This document shows positions 48,314 through 62,106 of a stretch of DNA of 64,000 nt, piece after piece. How positions within the stretch are numbered: the first letter of the stretch is position 1; every line of letters starts with the position of its first letter. Where the stretch lies: positions 35,960,001 through 36,024,000 of the forward strand of contig NC_043008.1 in the NCBI RefSeq assembly GCF_006345805.1, in the 5' to 3' direction. This DNA is from Octopus sinensis. Taxonomy: Eukaryota. Made by a program: the position numbers and the translations under genes. The notes under the pieces were generated by a model, which was not told the origin of the DNA, did no database searches, and saw nothing but the letters and a program-made list of their open reading frames with translations.

Positions 48314-48889
48314 TACACATATATGTATATATACACACCAAATTTGTTAGGTACAATGTGTAAATATCTATCACAACTGACAGTAAACTATGAACATTTC
48401 TTGAAGTTTGAGTTATGTAGAAGTAGTACTGCTAAGTAATGATCAAATCAAAGGAGACACTAGTGACAATTTCTGGCCTATTTAAAGATTTTAGCCAAGG
48501 TGCTTGCAAAGACATCAATAGTATGGTTGGGAAAGTGCAGACTTGTACAATATAAATCAAAGCAGATCTACTCACAAGTTTCACCTCATGACACACATCA
48601 TAGAGAATATGAGTAAAAAGAGCTGTCCTTGGTGGAACTCAGGTCTATTTGGATTAATCAGTCACTTACAATAGGGTCAATCAATGCAACATAGTGACTG
48701 TCCTGAATGCAGTCAATTTTGAACCTGTTTTCAGAATAGTGGAATTTACTTGATAAAATGAATGGCCACCAACTGGAATCATTTCAAATTACTCTCACAC
48801 CATCTGCATATACTGACTCTAGAGTAACTGCTGCAGAAACTAGACGTTGAGGGGCATCCTCATTGAATATATTGCAGGAGAGCCATGTT

Positions 48890-49200
48890 AACATATGCAG
48901 GCAGTGCCACTATAATGGTGTTAGATACTATGGAGGTAGAGGGTGAAGGTATTATTTTAAAAGAATATGAAGCAGAAACAGAAACAAAAATTAATCGAAA
49001 GCAGTCAGAAAGCTTGCCGTTCATCACCAAAAGAGGCTAGTATCATGGGTTACTGGACTGGTGGGATGGTTAAGTTGATTAGAGTCTAGTTCAGTCCAGA
49101 CAGAAACTGAGATGAGGTTATGAGCAGAAAGAAAAACAAACTTGCCCAGAAGTGAGCCGGGGGGAATAGTTGGAAAGAGGTGATGAATGTGTAGATTACC
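48890..49200 (-). mobile_element. Possible very old CR1-like LINE 3' end
   Basis: Weak minus-strand resemblance (HIHHLFPTIP...SFCLD*TRL*..L....VTHDTSLF) to CR1 C-terminal motifs; not firm. Confidence 0.25.
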
Positions 49201-50744
49201 TCCATCATGTTAATGCCTGGACAGTCATCTTTGTCAGACTAGATTGGAGTGTTTGCTCTTTCATTTCTTGTGGATGTATTCAACAAGTTGGCAAGTCCTT
49301 CTACTTCCAATACTCTCTAAGTTTGGAATTGGCATGAAAGGGTGATGAGGTGCAGACATGTACTGAGGCCATAGTATTAAGGGATTCCTGGGCAGTAAAC
49401 ATGTGGGGATCACAGCTTGTCAAGTCTGTCTTGCCACGACTCCTATCATTGATGGGCTTGCAATCTTGACTAAAGCGAAGACCAAAACTAGGTGTATGAC
49501 ATTTGGGATGTTGTCAGGGACTCGCAGCTCTCTAACGCCAACAGTGAAACTTCACTAGCTTTCTATAGAGGATAAGTGATGAAGAGCAATGATGTCCTCT
49601 TAGAAATACTAAACACTAACAAGAACCAAATGGCTGGGCTGAGCTGTCCTGGAGAATTATGGGAGTTACCTGATAGTGTTGCTACAAAGTATTGTTGATC
49701 AAAATGTGGGAAAAGCACTATAAATGTTTTGCACAGACTTGTCCAATGTCTGAGTTGCTGACGTATAAGCTGGAATAGTTATAGTCACATTTAGAGTAGA
49801 TCTGGCTATTGGCCAAATTCATCATTACCTCCTTCAGGTGGGAAAGCCAAATAATTTTCCTGACTGGTGGCTATGACAAAAGAGGTTGTATGATGGACAT
49901 AACTGAGAGGATCAAAGACTGATACTTTCTTTTTGGCTAAGCCCTAATTAAGTTTTACAAGTTCTCCTTAGAAAAAGGTGAGGAAGAAAAGGAGGGGCTG
50001 CCTCCAGTAATTTGGTAGACAAATGTATGGGCCTACTCTTAGCAGGCATTTGAAGGTTGAAGAATACAGCTTAGTGAGAGCACTTAGTAGTCAGAGTAAT
50101 CCTGGGCCACAAGGGTTCCTTGATTGGTCTTATGTGTGACTCATTCAATGGGAATTTCTCATATATCAGTGCACTGTGACTTTTTCATTTTAATACATAT
50201 ATTTCATTTGATTTCTATGTAAACTCTCACATTTTGGTTAACCTGTCCCTATAAAGTCTTTCTCGTCCCTTGCCTTTGCAAAAATAATAAAGAAAAGATT
50301 AATTCATTTATTTATTGATTCATTTCTTCACTCTTGTCAGCATCAATGAGACTATGTTAACCACCATGATATTGCTTTTTTTTATTTTTGTTCTGACATC
50401 CCCACCCTTCACCTCAAAAGTTCTAGTAAGCTGTCTAAATACCTCCAAATCTATCAAATTACCAAAACACTACTAAAAAAACAGTCAGCAGGAATAATTT
50501 AAATACTTCCTTCTTTTCATCATTTTAAAGCTGTATCCCAGGAGTATTCAGTGCAGTTATCAGTGGTAAAGGGACCAAAAATGCTTCTATTACTATAGTT
50601 TCTATTTTATTTATTTTCTTATTTCCTTTCATCTATTTTCATTCTGTGTTCTATTCCTAACATAATTTCAAGTATACATTTTTTCTGGAAGAATCCTTGT
50701 GGAGGGTGGGTACTTCAAAAGAAGGTGGTGAAATACAAATCCTT

Positions 50745-50900
50745 ACCCAGACAATAATCAGTAGAGTTTCCGACGAAAATACTTTGGAGTATTCAGTTAC
50801 AACTCCTTACATTCCGAGTTTAAACCCCAGCAAAGGTCAACTCGACCATTTATACTTCTGGAGTCAATAAGTTGATAAAATAAAGTACGAGCAATCCTTA
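50745..50900 (+). mobile_element. SINE family B, degraded
   Basis: tacattccgagtttaaaccccagcaaaggtcaactcgaccattta...gataaaataaagtac. Confidence 0.55.
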
Positions 50901-50974
50901 GGACTCATCCATTCAAATTCATAACTGCCATAAGAAAGTCAAACAGGTAAATTTTGAGGACTGACTATAAACAC

Positions 50975-51372
50975 ACTCTTTACTCTTTTACTTGTTTCAG
51001 TCATTTGACTGCGGTCATGCTGGAGCACCGCCTTTAATCGAACAACTTGACCCTCGGACTTATTCTTTTGTAAGCCCAGTACTTATTCTATCAGTCTCTT
51101 TTGCCGAACCGCTAAGTAACGGGGACACAAACACACCAGCATCGGTTGTCAAGCAATGCTAGGGGGACAAACACAAACACACACACGCATATATATATAT
51201 ATATACATATATACGACGGGCTTCTTTCAGTTTCCGTCTACCAAATCCACTCACAAGGCTTTGGTCGGCCCGAGGCTATAGTAGAAGACACTTGCCCAAC
51301 GCGCCACGCAGTGGGACTGAACCCGGAACCATGTGGTTGGTAAACAAGCTACTTACCACATAGCCACTCCTC
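50975..51372 (-). mobile_element. SINE family A, full length, relatively young
   Basis: Reverse complement of family A with many CpGs retained; tail ctctttactcttttacttgtttcagtc. Confidence 0.92.
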
Positions 51373-51534
51373 ATTTTTACACAGAATTTCATTAGAGACA
51401 AAAGATGGATGCAAAAATTTGGAGGACAACCTACATGAATATAAATACTCTTCTTTTTACACCTAGTATTACTAGAGACACAAGAAAAATGTGTAGATTT
51501 TTGAGGACAGCTGTTGCCAGTCCAGTACTGATAA

Positions 51535-51760
51535 TGATGTTAACTGACTATTGTGCAGAATCAACAGAGCACTGGGCAAAAATACTTCATATGTAATTAT
51601 ATTTTGAATTCAAATCTTGACCGGGTCAACTTGGGCTTTCATTCCTCAAGGATGATAAACTAAGTATTGGTCAAATAGAAAAAAATCCATTGAATCTACT
51701 AATATCTCTCTGTGTAAATTAATGGCCTTGTCTCTCATGTTAGAAATCTTTATTGGCATG
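51535..51760 (+). mobile_element. SINE family B, degraded
   Basis: gcagaatcaacagagcactgggcaaaa...gaattcaaatcttgaccgggtcaacttgggctttcattcc...aatggccttgtctctcatgttagaaa. Confidence 0.55.
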
Positions 51761-54700
51761 GTTGAATCAGACAAGATTAAATTTTTATATTTACTTGTGC
51801 TCAGTTTTCTGGATATAAATTTTATTAATTCTCCTTGCAGGCCTCATTTGATGGTACATAAACTACTGACACTGCTGTCAGAATTTACAAAGGACACTGC
51901 AAGAGAGAAGCGTCACTGAAACCAATCCATCATTCCATTCATTAACACAATTTGTAAGATTGCAAAAGCAATTCTCAAAGTTTAGGTTACTCATACTTAT
52001 TTCCTCAACCTAAGGATAAATGGCCAGCTTTAAGGAAGGTGGGTGGGGGTTGAACTCCTAACAGAGAAGTATTGAATTTATTACAAAAACCATCTTCTGG
52101 TAGGAGATAATGTTGTTAGGCCTCAAAGAGAAAGGGAAAATGGATGTGTTACATTAATACCTACCCAAATGACTTGGCTGAGCAGATATTTTATTAAAGA
52201 TGTTGCAGATTTGAACATCTTGACTTTTTAGGGCATGTTGGGCAATGTTATTATTCAATGCATTTTTATTTTAAAGACTGTGGGGTGTGATTTGAGGAAG
52301 TTTTGACTGTTATTTTTAGAAAGTTATTTCAACCATGCAGTTTCCTTCACTGGGTTTAGGCCTAACTTCAAGAGTGCCCACAAGAAATATTGAAGCTTTT
52401 GCCAAAATGAAAAGAGCCAGCTTGACAGGCAGAAGGAAAATAGTGGTACTTTTTCATTTATCTCTTTGTCAAGATCATGCCTGTGAAACTAATAAACTTC
52501 AATTAACAGCCAAAATCAACTCCCAGTTTGTCTAGACTGACTGGTGGGTTGCTTATTATACTCTCATGGGATTTGAGAACATATTGAAAAGGTTTAGCTG
52601 TATAATTAGAGTTCTACTCCTTACCACTTCCTGATCAGCTGGGAAGTTTTGATGCAAACTATTTAAAGAAAGAATGCCAAAGAAAATCTCTGGAATGACA
52701 AGGTCAAGTTACACAGAACCCAAGAAGCAGAGAGTGTATAATTAGTAAAAGACAAAACAGAGAAAAGAAAAGGTAACTTTTGAAATACACCATACATTTT
52801 AAATTGATTCAAAAGCAGATATGACATACAATGATGTAGTGATTACAGGCAAAGGTATCAGTTGCAAAATGAAGCTGAAGTAGTTAAAGAAATTGGTCTG
52901 ACCGATATTAATTCTATGGATGGGAAAACTTGAAGGTGACAAAAGGAAGAGGAAACAATGGACAGTTTCCAATTCAAATGCTCAAGAACCAGAGATAAGA
53001 AAAGGAGATGAGAAAAGAAGAGAAGCTGGAATGAGACCAGAACAGTGGCAGAAAACAAAGCAGGTTGGAGAGATTGTGTTGTGGCTTTATGTGCCTCGTG
53101 GGATGGAGAGAACTTACAAAGTAATTACAAAGGTAGTAATTTTAACTATACACATATAACCATTAATTTCATTTTTCCAGTGGTAGCCAGAGAAAGAAGG
53201 GCAGTGCAACTATTTTCAAGACTTTTGAGACTGATGGGAAAAAAATGATCCTCATACCTAAACTAGATAATCACAAGGTAATCAAGGGCCAAATGCTGGT
53301 GACAAATTGGACGACAAATAAATTTTATTACTCGAAATTAGATATGAACCCTCTGAAGGGCTTCCATGCAGTTTGCATCTTCCAAATGTCTCTCTAAAAT
53401 CTGACTGAGCTGAGGTTGGGTATTTACCGAGTAATGGGACTGAACCTGAGACTATTTAGTTGTGAACTGATTCAAAATTAACTACAAGCATATAGTCATG
53501 TCTATGCCTATTCAGATGACCAAGAGAAAATTTAAAACCTAAAAAAAAAAAAAACACACACACAGAGAAAAAATAAGACTTTTTTTCAAGCAGCCAAATA
53601 AAATTACTTCTCAAGCTGGAAAAATCAGACAGGATAAAAAAAAAAAAAACTCTAAATTAGCAGACTGGCGAACAACCATGATTGGCTGCACAGGTTTATT
53701 TATTTTTAGCTAGTTTCAACTATTTGACTAGATTCATACTTCTGTTTTGACAGAATTTCTGAATTTGTTTATAGTTTCTCTCCTCACTCAATTCCCCAAT
53801 ATTTTCATGTTTTTGTCAGTTTTTATAGCTTGCTTTGCACTCTCCTGCTTAGAAACGTCCATGAATTGTCAAAGAAGTCACAAGAGGTCATTAACTGACC
53901 TGGTGGCACAAAGAAAAGCTAACGTCATCGTAGTCGTCATCATCATCATTATTATAGGAATGAGTCAACCAACTTATTTTTCTCTGCTATTCTAATCAAA
54001 TAGCAAAAGTTAGAAATCTACTAACAAGGTGTTGGAGTAAAAAAAAAAAAAAAAACCAAAATGGTGGCATATTAGGTAAAATGGTATGCAGAATTTAGTT
54101 AAGTCTCTTTACATTTCCAAGAGCAAATCTTGCTGGGGTGAATTTCACCTCTCATTTCTCCAGGAACAATAGAGCCTTGTATGCTGTAACTGATTCTGTC
54201 AATTATGCCCCTCCTTTAAACTGCATCTGGCAGTGGGGCCTTGGTTTGGGAGTTCCAAAGGTTCTGAGGAGTGTGGAACCACCCCCTGACCACTGATGTT
54301 CTCAGATCTACTTTAACCAAGAGTAGTAGCACCTGTCCAGATCTCAGTTATGGATTTATTGGCATGCAAATAGAGGTTAGCCATGAATATGGGAATAAAC
54401 AGCCTTGGACCAAATTATGGGTGACCTCTTGGCAATGCTTACCACCTGGTAACCATCCATGCCAGAGTTATGTTGAAATCATGGGATGCTGCACAATGGA
54501 TGTGAACTATTTCAGCAGATGAACTTATTGACTCAATGGAGAATATCACCAGATGTTGAACAGGTACACAATCAACAAACTGTCAACAGCTAGGATCAAC
54601 CAGTTCAGTTAGCAAACTACTGCAATCATCTGTAATCGTAGCATGTGCAGAAGAGACATTTGGCTATCAAAAGACCAGCATGATTCATTGATCTAGGCAA

Positions 54701-55237
54701 GTCACCTGACCTGATGATGATGGTGATGATTTGCAGCCTTGTGACACAAGTGAGAAATTCTTATTGTTAGAAAAGATACAAAAGCACAACTGCAGCAAAT
54801 CCTCTTGGAATTACAGAAAAAAAAAAATCAAATATAGGTTAAAATGATAACACAGTCTGAGAAAACTGAATAAATTTTGGTTTTGTACTTACCTTAACTT
54901 TATAATTTTTTTCAAATATCAGTTACTTATTATTTCATAGGATATCAATTAAACATTTTTTTAAATAATCCAATATTTTTGTGGAGCCTCCTTTGGCAAC
55001 CAAGGTTTCCATTGTCAATTGCCAATTACCCATAATTTTTGATTTCAAAAGTTCCTTGTTTAAAATAATCCAGAGGTGACTGCTTGATATTGGTTAATCA
55101 TGTAGTTCAGTAACAATTTACTGTGAGCCATTATCAAACTGAAAATTAAAAAAATTAATTTAAATAATATAGGTTTAAATAAATAAGAATCAAAAATAAA
55201 AGTTTAAGTAGAATATAATATCAAGCACAGCAAATAT

Positions 55238-55441
55238 TTACTCTTTTACTTGTTTCAGTCATTTGACTGTGGCCATGCTGGAACACCACCTTTGGTTGAG
55301 CAAATCGATCCCAGGACTTATTCTTTGTAAGCCTAGTACTTATTCTATTGGTCTCTTTTACTGAACCGCTAAGTTACAAGAACGTAAACACACCACCATC
55401 GGTTGTCAAGCAATGTTGGAGGGACAAGCACAGACACAAAA

Positions 55442-55512
<71 letters not shown>

Positions 55513-55685
55513 TAAATATATATGATGGGCTTCTTTCAGTTTCCGTCTACTAAATCCACTCATAAGGCTTTGGTCAGCCCGAGGCTATAGTAGAAGACAC
55601 TTGCCCAAGGTGCCATGCAATGGGACTGAACCCGGAACCATGTGGTTCGTACGCCAGCTGCTTACCACACAGCCACTCCTACGCC
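55238..55685 (-). mobile_element. SINE family A with expanded central (TA)n
   Basis: Reverse complement of family A; TA tract about 55455-55522. Confidence 0.92.
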
Positions 55686-55720
55686 TAAGTAGATTTTATA
55701 TAAATTTCATGGATAAGATA

Positions 55721-55936
55721 TTAACCCTTTAGTGTTCACACTATTCTGCCAAAATTAATGCTTCTACATCCACATTGTTTTGAACTAATCATTCATCATC
55801 TTGTAGCCATGAGATTTTGATGAGGTAGCTGTTAATTTTTAAAACAATATTGTAGGGTTGGTGTGAGAGACCAGATAGGGCTAGTTTGAACATAAAACAG
55901 GTAGAATATTTTTGGCCGGATATGCTAAAGGGTTAA
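55721..55936 (+). mobile_element. MITE family A, clearest TIRs
   Basis: TTAA-CCCTTTAG ... CTAAAGGG-TTAA: perfect 12-nt terminal inversion including TTAA, the piggyBac-type signature. Confidence 0.85.
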
Positions 55937-55959
55937 ACATCAAATGGCAGACTAACATC

Positions 55960-56430
55960 AGCTAGCATTCTTCTTCAGTGAGTGAAAACATCCAGTATTG
56001 AGATCCTCCTCATATGCAATCAGATGCATTGAGCTAGGCATCTCTCTAGGATACAGGATGACAAGTTACCTGAGCAGTTGTTTTAGAGGGAATTGCAACA
56101 TGGTAAACGTCCAAAACATAAACTGAAGAAACATTTTAGTGATGTTGTCAAAAATGACATAAGGCTCTTAGTGTGGCTGTTGAAGACTTGAAGCTTGATT
56201 GGTTTGGAAAGAAGCAATCAACAATGGTTGTAAAGCATCTGAACACTCCACATTGAAATGTGCATGGTGTAAACAGGGCTTGACTTAATGCCATACATTT
56301 TTCTACCTGGAAATTTAACTCACTGGTAGGGTCTCTATTTGTCCAAAGCTGGACTTGCTAGTCATATGAGGTCTCATGATGGAATTTACTAATTCAAGAG
56401 ATGGCCTTCTGTAAAGAAGAAATGGTAATC
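55960..56430 (+). mobile_element. RTE (BovB-like) LINE 3' ORF end
   Basis: SIEILLICNQMH*ARHLSRIQDDKLPEQLF*RELQHGKRPKHKLKKHFSDVVKND and LSKAGLASHMRSH (terminal zinc-finger remnant). Confidence 0.75.
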
Positions 56431-58754
56431 ACTATGCGTGTCACTTGCTAGATCCCAACCATAATAAACTAAAGCATATGAAACAGCAGAAATGGCTAAA
56501 AATTTTACAATCTGACAAAACTGGTGCCTGATGGCACTCAGAAATCATTGTCAATCTTTTCCTTGCAAAAATTAGATTTAATATTCTAAATGCTTTGAGT
56601 AAATCTTTCAATTCATGTCTCACAACAATGTAACTACATAAAAATAACAACATATATTAATATATATGTGTGTGTGTGTATGTGTGTACATAAATACATT
56701 TTCCAATGGAAAAAAACTTGGTATTCCTAAATTACTTTTCAATTTCATTTTAAATTAATTTCTTTTTAAAAAGACAAGACAATATTGAAATGATAAACTG
56801 ATATAGCTACAAAACAAAGCAGAGAGGGAGAGAAGAGTGCAATATCTGCAGTCAGTTATACAACAACTAATTCTTATCTGTATCCTTAAGTCAGAAAACC
56901 TCGTGAAAAACAGTAGACAAATGCATCTAAATGTATCTCTGCTTGAAAGCTATTTTCTGTCATATATCCAACAGAGACCACCAGAGATGGTTTGTTCCCC
57001 ACCCCATCCCAACAAAACGTTCACTAGTGTAGTGAGTGTAAAAACCCTTGACTGAATATAAAAAATGTTGGCAGCCTAACAACATTTCAACATAAAAAGC
57101 CTGTCAATATATGTTCTCGAAGAGTTGCAGGATATCAATTTAAAAACCTCAACATCAAAGTATTACAAATGCATTTTACTTTTACTCTGTTTCCTTTACA
57201 TGCATCTGCAAGTGCATGCACACATAAACATATGCTTGTGCATGTATGCATGCGTATGCAAAATAGCCTAGCGCATGACATGATTTTTCACAGCACTTAG
57301 ACAACATGCTCACACTATATGCTTCAGTTAAATGAATCACATAGAAGAGACAGCTGATGAAGGCACCTCTGGTAGGCAAGTGTCCTAGCCAAAGAAAGAT
57401 TCATTTCTCATCTGCTTAATTCAAGGATCTAGGCAAATACTAACTTTACAGATCCCTGAAGCTTCTAGCAGTATTTAACATTTTCTTACCATCACACATA
57501 CTCAAATACACAAACCACTTGATCAACACTTCAAATGTTAGGTGTTGCTCTAGCCATAGGCAGCACAGACGTTGTATAATTGATGAGTGCTTTGTTGATA
57601 TGTTGCACTTAGGTTAAAGCCTCCAATACAGCTAATCTTATACAGGAAGGAAGGAGGAGGAGGAAACACTGCAACAACAGCAACATCAACAACAGTTGCC
57701 ATAGTAATTCAGTTTCAGTCAGCAGCTGCAGTACTAACACCACAAATACAGCCACACCTACACATGTATAATTATATAAATTAATTTCCTAATGAGTTAG
57801 TATTTCCAAAGCATATAACTGCTAAAATAAGAATATGTGCAGACTAATAAAGTATAAAGAGTACAGGTTCATTGCAGGGATATAATCAGAGTTGTGGGTG
57901 GAGATGGTGACACTTCCTGAGCAACAACAGTTTTCTTTCTGCCAACCAGTGGCAGTGTAAGGCTTGTTTGGCACTGAAGTATGAATAGGAGATGATTGGG
58001 GGGTGGGGGAGCAGAGAAAAAGATCTACAATCATTATCATTGCAAAAAAAACAAAACAAAACAAATGTTGAGATTTGAGCACAAGTGAATTGAGAATGTG
58101 AATGATTACCAAAGTCTGCGGTTTATGGATGGAGATAAGGACATGTAATGTGAAGAGAGAAGGAGAGCTTGGTGAAAAAAATAAACCAAAAACATAAGAG
58201 GTACTGATTTGGAAATGATCCAACCAAAGAAGAATTAAGAATAATGTATCACGGTCAGATCGAGAAGTATTATTCTTCACTAAAGATATAGTACAAAATG
58301 AAGACCTATTAAAAAAATGCTGTCACTGTCTTTACATTAATCCAACATAGAACATTAGACATTAATACTATAAGTCCCTTACATATAAACAAATATCACA
58401 TTTTTAGATAGAGAGTATTAATCCCAATAACATTACAAGTTAACCCATGTGAAATATAAAAACCAGCTTCCTTATAAAAATATCATTTATCAATTATCAA
58501 TAATTTAATGGTATATCAGAAGATCAATTACCACTAGACCACCACTAAATTTTAAGAAAATGGGTGGTTTCAAAGTTCTCTCATACTCTTTGAAATGCTA
58601 ATTTTCTTTAAATAGAATTTTAAGCTATAGACAACAGATTGAAAATATAATCGATTCAAATATCCTGCAATAAAATCAAATGACTAATTACTAATTCTTA
58701 CAGCATAAGAAAGTATAATCTAATTCTTAGATCGATGGTGTCTTATGTGATGGA

Positions 58755-59110
58755 TTGCATGGTTGTATGGTAAGAAGTTTGTTTCACAACCATATGGTTC
58801 AAGGTTCAGTCCTACAAAGTGGGCACCTTAGGCAAGAATATTCTATTGTAGCCTGGAGTCAACCAAAGCCTTGAAAAGGGATTTAGTAGAGAGAAACTGA
58901 AAGAAGCCTATCATATACATGTATGTATGTGTACGAGTATAGGTTTGTGTTTATCTTCCAACACTTTGGCAATAAGCAGTTCAGCAATAAGAACCGATAG
59001 AATAAGTACCAGACTAAAAAAATAAGTACAGAGGTCACTTTGTTAAATCTGTTAACTAAACCCTTCAAGGTAGTGCCCCAGCATGGCCACAGTCTAAGGA
59101 CTGAATCAAG
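58755..59110 (+). mobile_element. SINE family A-related, older copy
   Basis: tggttgtatggtaagaagttt...ggcaccttaggcaag...accaaagccttg...gaaactgaaagaagcc...gtgccccagcatggccacagtc. Confidence 0.8.
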
Positions 59111-60589
59111 ACAAATGTAGATAGATACAGAAGTGTGCTAGTTATATACAAAAATGGAAAGCATTAACTAAGAACTCAATATTGTAGTGAAATATTCAAC
59201 AAAGATATTACATCAAATTTATATTTTTTTGAATATGGACAATAACTTTGAAGTTTTGCCTCTTGAGACTTTTCAAACCGAACGTTTGAAACTTCAAAAG
59301 TTACTATAATCTTAACTGTGTGTGTTAGCAAATTCACCCACTTCTGTTATATTATAACTGGATAATAACATCAATAACATGCAAAGAATAATATGACTCA
59401 TTAGATAGACAAATGATACATAAAGTTTCATAAACTAGCAATGGTTATATATGGAATGAGAATATATGGTATTTATATTCAATAGTATATTATCAGTCCA
59501 CACAGAATGCAAAAATATGTCTCAATATGCAGGATATGATCAAAAGGCCGCAATGAAGCTCATTTTGCTGGATAGAGAAGATTTAGCACAACAACTATAT
59601 TGCAAAGTGAAATTGTTGGGGAGAAACATTTTATACAAATAGCCAACTGAATATCCAATGAAATATCCTTCAGTGAGGCAAGCATACTTTCTGATCAGTA
59701 AATAAAGCAATTGCTACATATTTAATAATGCCACATGTATTTTCTCTTCTAATATTCTGAATATGGTACAGATTTCTCAACAAAGCTAATATTTTCATTC
59801 ACTTCTCTTCATATCTAACAATTTTCTGAAGTCTATATAACATAACCAAAATGGGGATCTGTAAAATATAAGAACATTGGGATTTTCAGAGGAAATTATT
59901 GCTGTTGCTGATTATCCACAACTTAATTCTGGTTGAACACACGATCAAAAGAATTCCAGTCATGTCCATTCCATTTATTCAAGCACTTTATACCCTGGAT
60001 TACATTATCCAATGTTTTTTTTTCAAACATGTCAGAGGCTGGTTTACAAGAGATTTACCTTCTTTTCCAGGAAATTAAGTGGCCATGTAGAGTTTCTGTC
60101 ATGAGCTCATCATAAAATCAACTATGTCATTCATCCCATGTCTTTTAATAAAATATTAAATCATTTTATTTCTGCCATTTACTCATTACAGAAAGCAGTT
60201 ATCTGTTAATTAACATTTACTTTGGTTGGCAAGGACTAAATAGCAACACATTGAGATATGTTGATATTGTTATTCAAGGTTACCCGCGACAGAAAAGGTG
60301 TGATCTCACACATTTTCCTAAAAAAAGGTAATTCATGTAAATAAAAGAAGGCTTATTAAAGGATACAACTTGGTCTGAGACAGGATATGAGGGGTCAGAT
60401 TTTTGTAGTGACAATAAAATTCATGTAACAAGTCAAGACTTTGAAAAAGATAACAATTTATACTTAGTTAATCCACAAAATTAACTAAACTGTCATTGAA
60501 AGCTATGACATGATAAAGTATACTAGCAAGGAATATTAAATGAGTGTGCATCATAATAATTTGTCTAATAGTGTTCATCTCAGTTGGGC

Positions 60590-60790
60590 AATAGATCAAT
60601 CAAATTAATAAAGCAGTGAAAATGACTTAGAATGACTTAGGCCTTAAATTTCAAGTTCAAATCCCATAGTGAACTTGGCATTTCAATTTTTCAAGGTTGA
60701 CAAAATCAAGTACCAGTTCAGATCTAGGGTCAATTTAATCAACCTTCCCTTAAAATTAATGTCCTTATGCCAATGTTAGAAATCAGTATT
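60590..60790 (+). mobile_element. SINE family B, degraded
   Basis: caagttcaaatccc...gaacttggcatttcaattttt...gacaaaatcaagtaccagtt...ggtcaatttaatcaac...gtccttatgccaatgttagaaa. Confidence 0.5.
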
Positions 60791-61880
60791 AACACATCTA
60801 ACAAATGAAAACATAAAAAGTTGATTATAAAAGCAAAAAACTAATTTTGATGATCATTTTGGTCCAAAATATATTTACTCAAGATTATACAAACCAATTA
60901 TATATTATTAACCATTTCATTTTTAATATAGACAGACCCATCTTATACCTTAAGACAATGATAATTACATTACCCAATTCTTCATTCACTGAAAATGGGG
61001 AGTTATACTACCCTAAACAATCCATAGCTATGAAAACTCCCAGAAGATCCAGCTGAGTGCAGCTTAAGTAACTATGACACAATATCAAGTCAAACACTTA
61101 TTCTCAGATCAATGATAATAAATTCTGAAAGAGTAGAAGAAAACAATAATTCAATTAGATTTCTTAACAGGGAACCTCTCAGTTAAATGATCAAAGGTTG
61201 TAAACAGGATATGCAGAAATATATCGTTCTAAACACATTATCAAGTTATCATCCATCAGTATTGATTTATGATGACTGTAATAAGATAAAACATCAACAT
61301 GCATAGTATGAACATGCACACACGACACACAAAATCTATCTGAAATCTTTGCCTTCAGAAACTATTACAAGTAATGTTGATAAGCTAGATAGAAAGAAAC
61401 ATGTCCCCTTGAACTGTTAGTGTAAAACACGAGAGTTCATAACTATCTTAAAGACTCATACAAAAAGGAATTGGGAAATGTTCATTTAAACTCATTTAAC
61501 AGTCTACAGGCTAAATTATAGAATTAATGAGAAACATTCCCTTCCTCACAAATCATTTGCTTCTTTCAAATTAGATTTCACAAGGTACAAGACTAACTTT
61601 GTTCAGAGTAGGGAAATGTAAAACTAATTTAACCATTGTCTAGTTTGTGTATGTGTGATACTTATTTTTTGGCTCCAAGTTGATCACCACAAAATTCAAG
61701 CTCATAACAGTGAGGAACTGAAATATTTAAAAAGCTACTATGCTAGCAAAATTCTTTTAATTTTTAACTTTTTTCAGTCACCTGGCTGCAATCATGCTGA
61801 GGTATTGTCTTCTGAGGTAGTTATGGATGAACTGTCGCCTGTGGGGGGCCTTCTGGATGGCACACATGACAAAAAATTAC

Positions 61881-62106
61881 CTTGAATTTTTCTTGGCCCA
61901 CTAGATGATGAGCCATACTCCAGGGGACCAATTTCTCAAAAAAGGTTTCCCATGCCTGTTCTAAAGTGTAGTCAGTTAATTCAACCCTAATACTCATTTT
62001 AGTGACTTTGGAAAGATGCAATGCAAAATTAATCTTGGTTGACTTGAACTCATAACCAAACGTCAAAAAGTATACTGTCTGATACTCTATAGTTTCTACT
62101 GTCCAC
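61881..62106 (-). other. Unassigned candidate coding exon (226 nt)
   Basis: ttacAG|G-WTVETIEYQTVYFLTFGYEFKSTKINFALHLSKVTKMSIRVELTDYTLEQAWETFFEKLVPWSMAHHLVGQEKFK|GTAATT; stop-free, strong donor, modest acceptor; protein not recognised. Confidence 0.35.

Noticed and set aside
57348-57420. gacagCTGATGAAGGC... resembling the hammerhead SINE core
   Set aside because: GAAA is not adjacent to stem II and stems I and III cannot be formed; at best an unrecognisably decayed copy.
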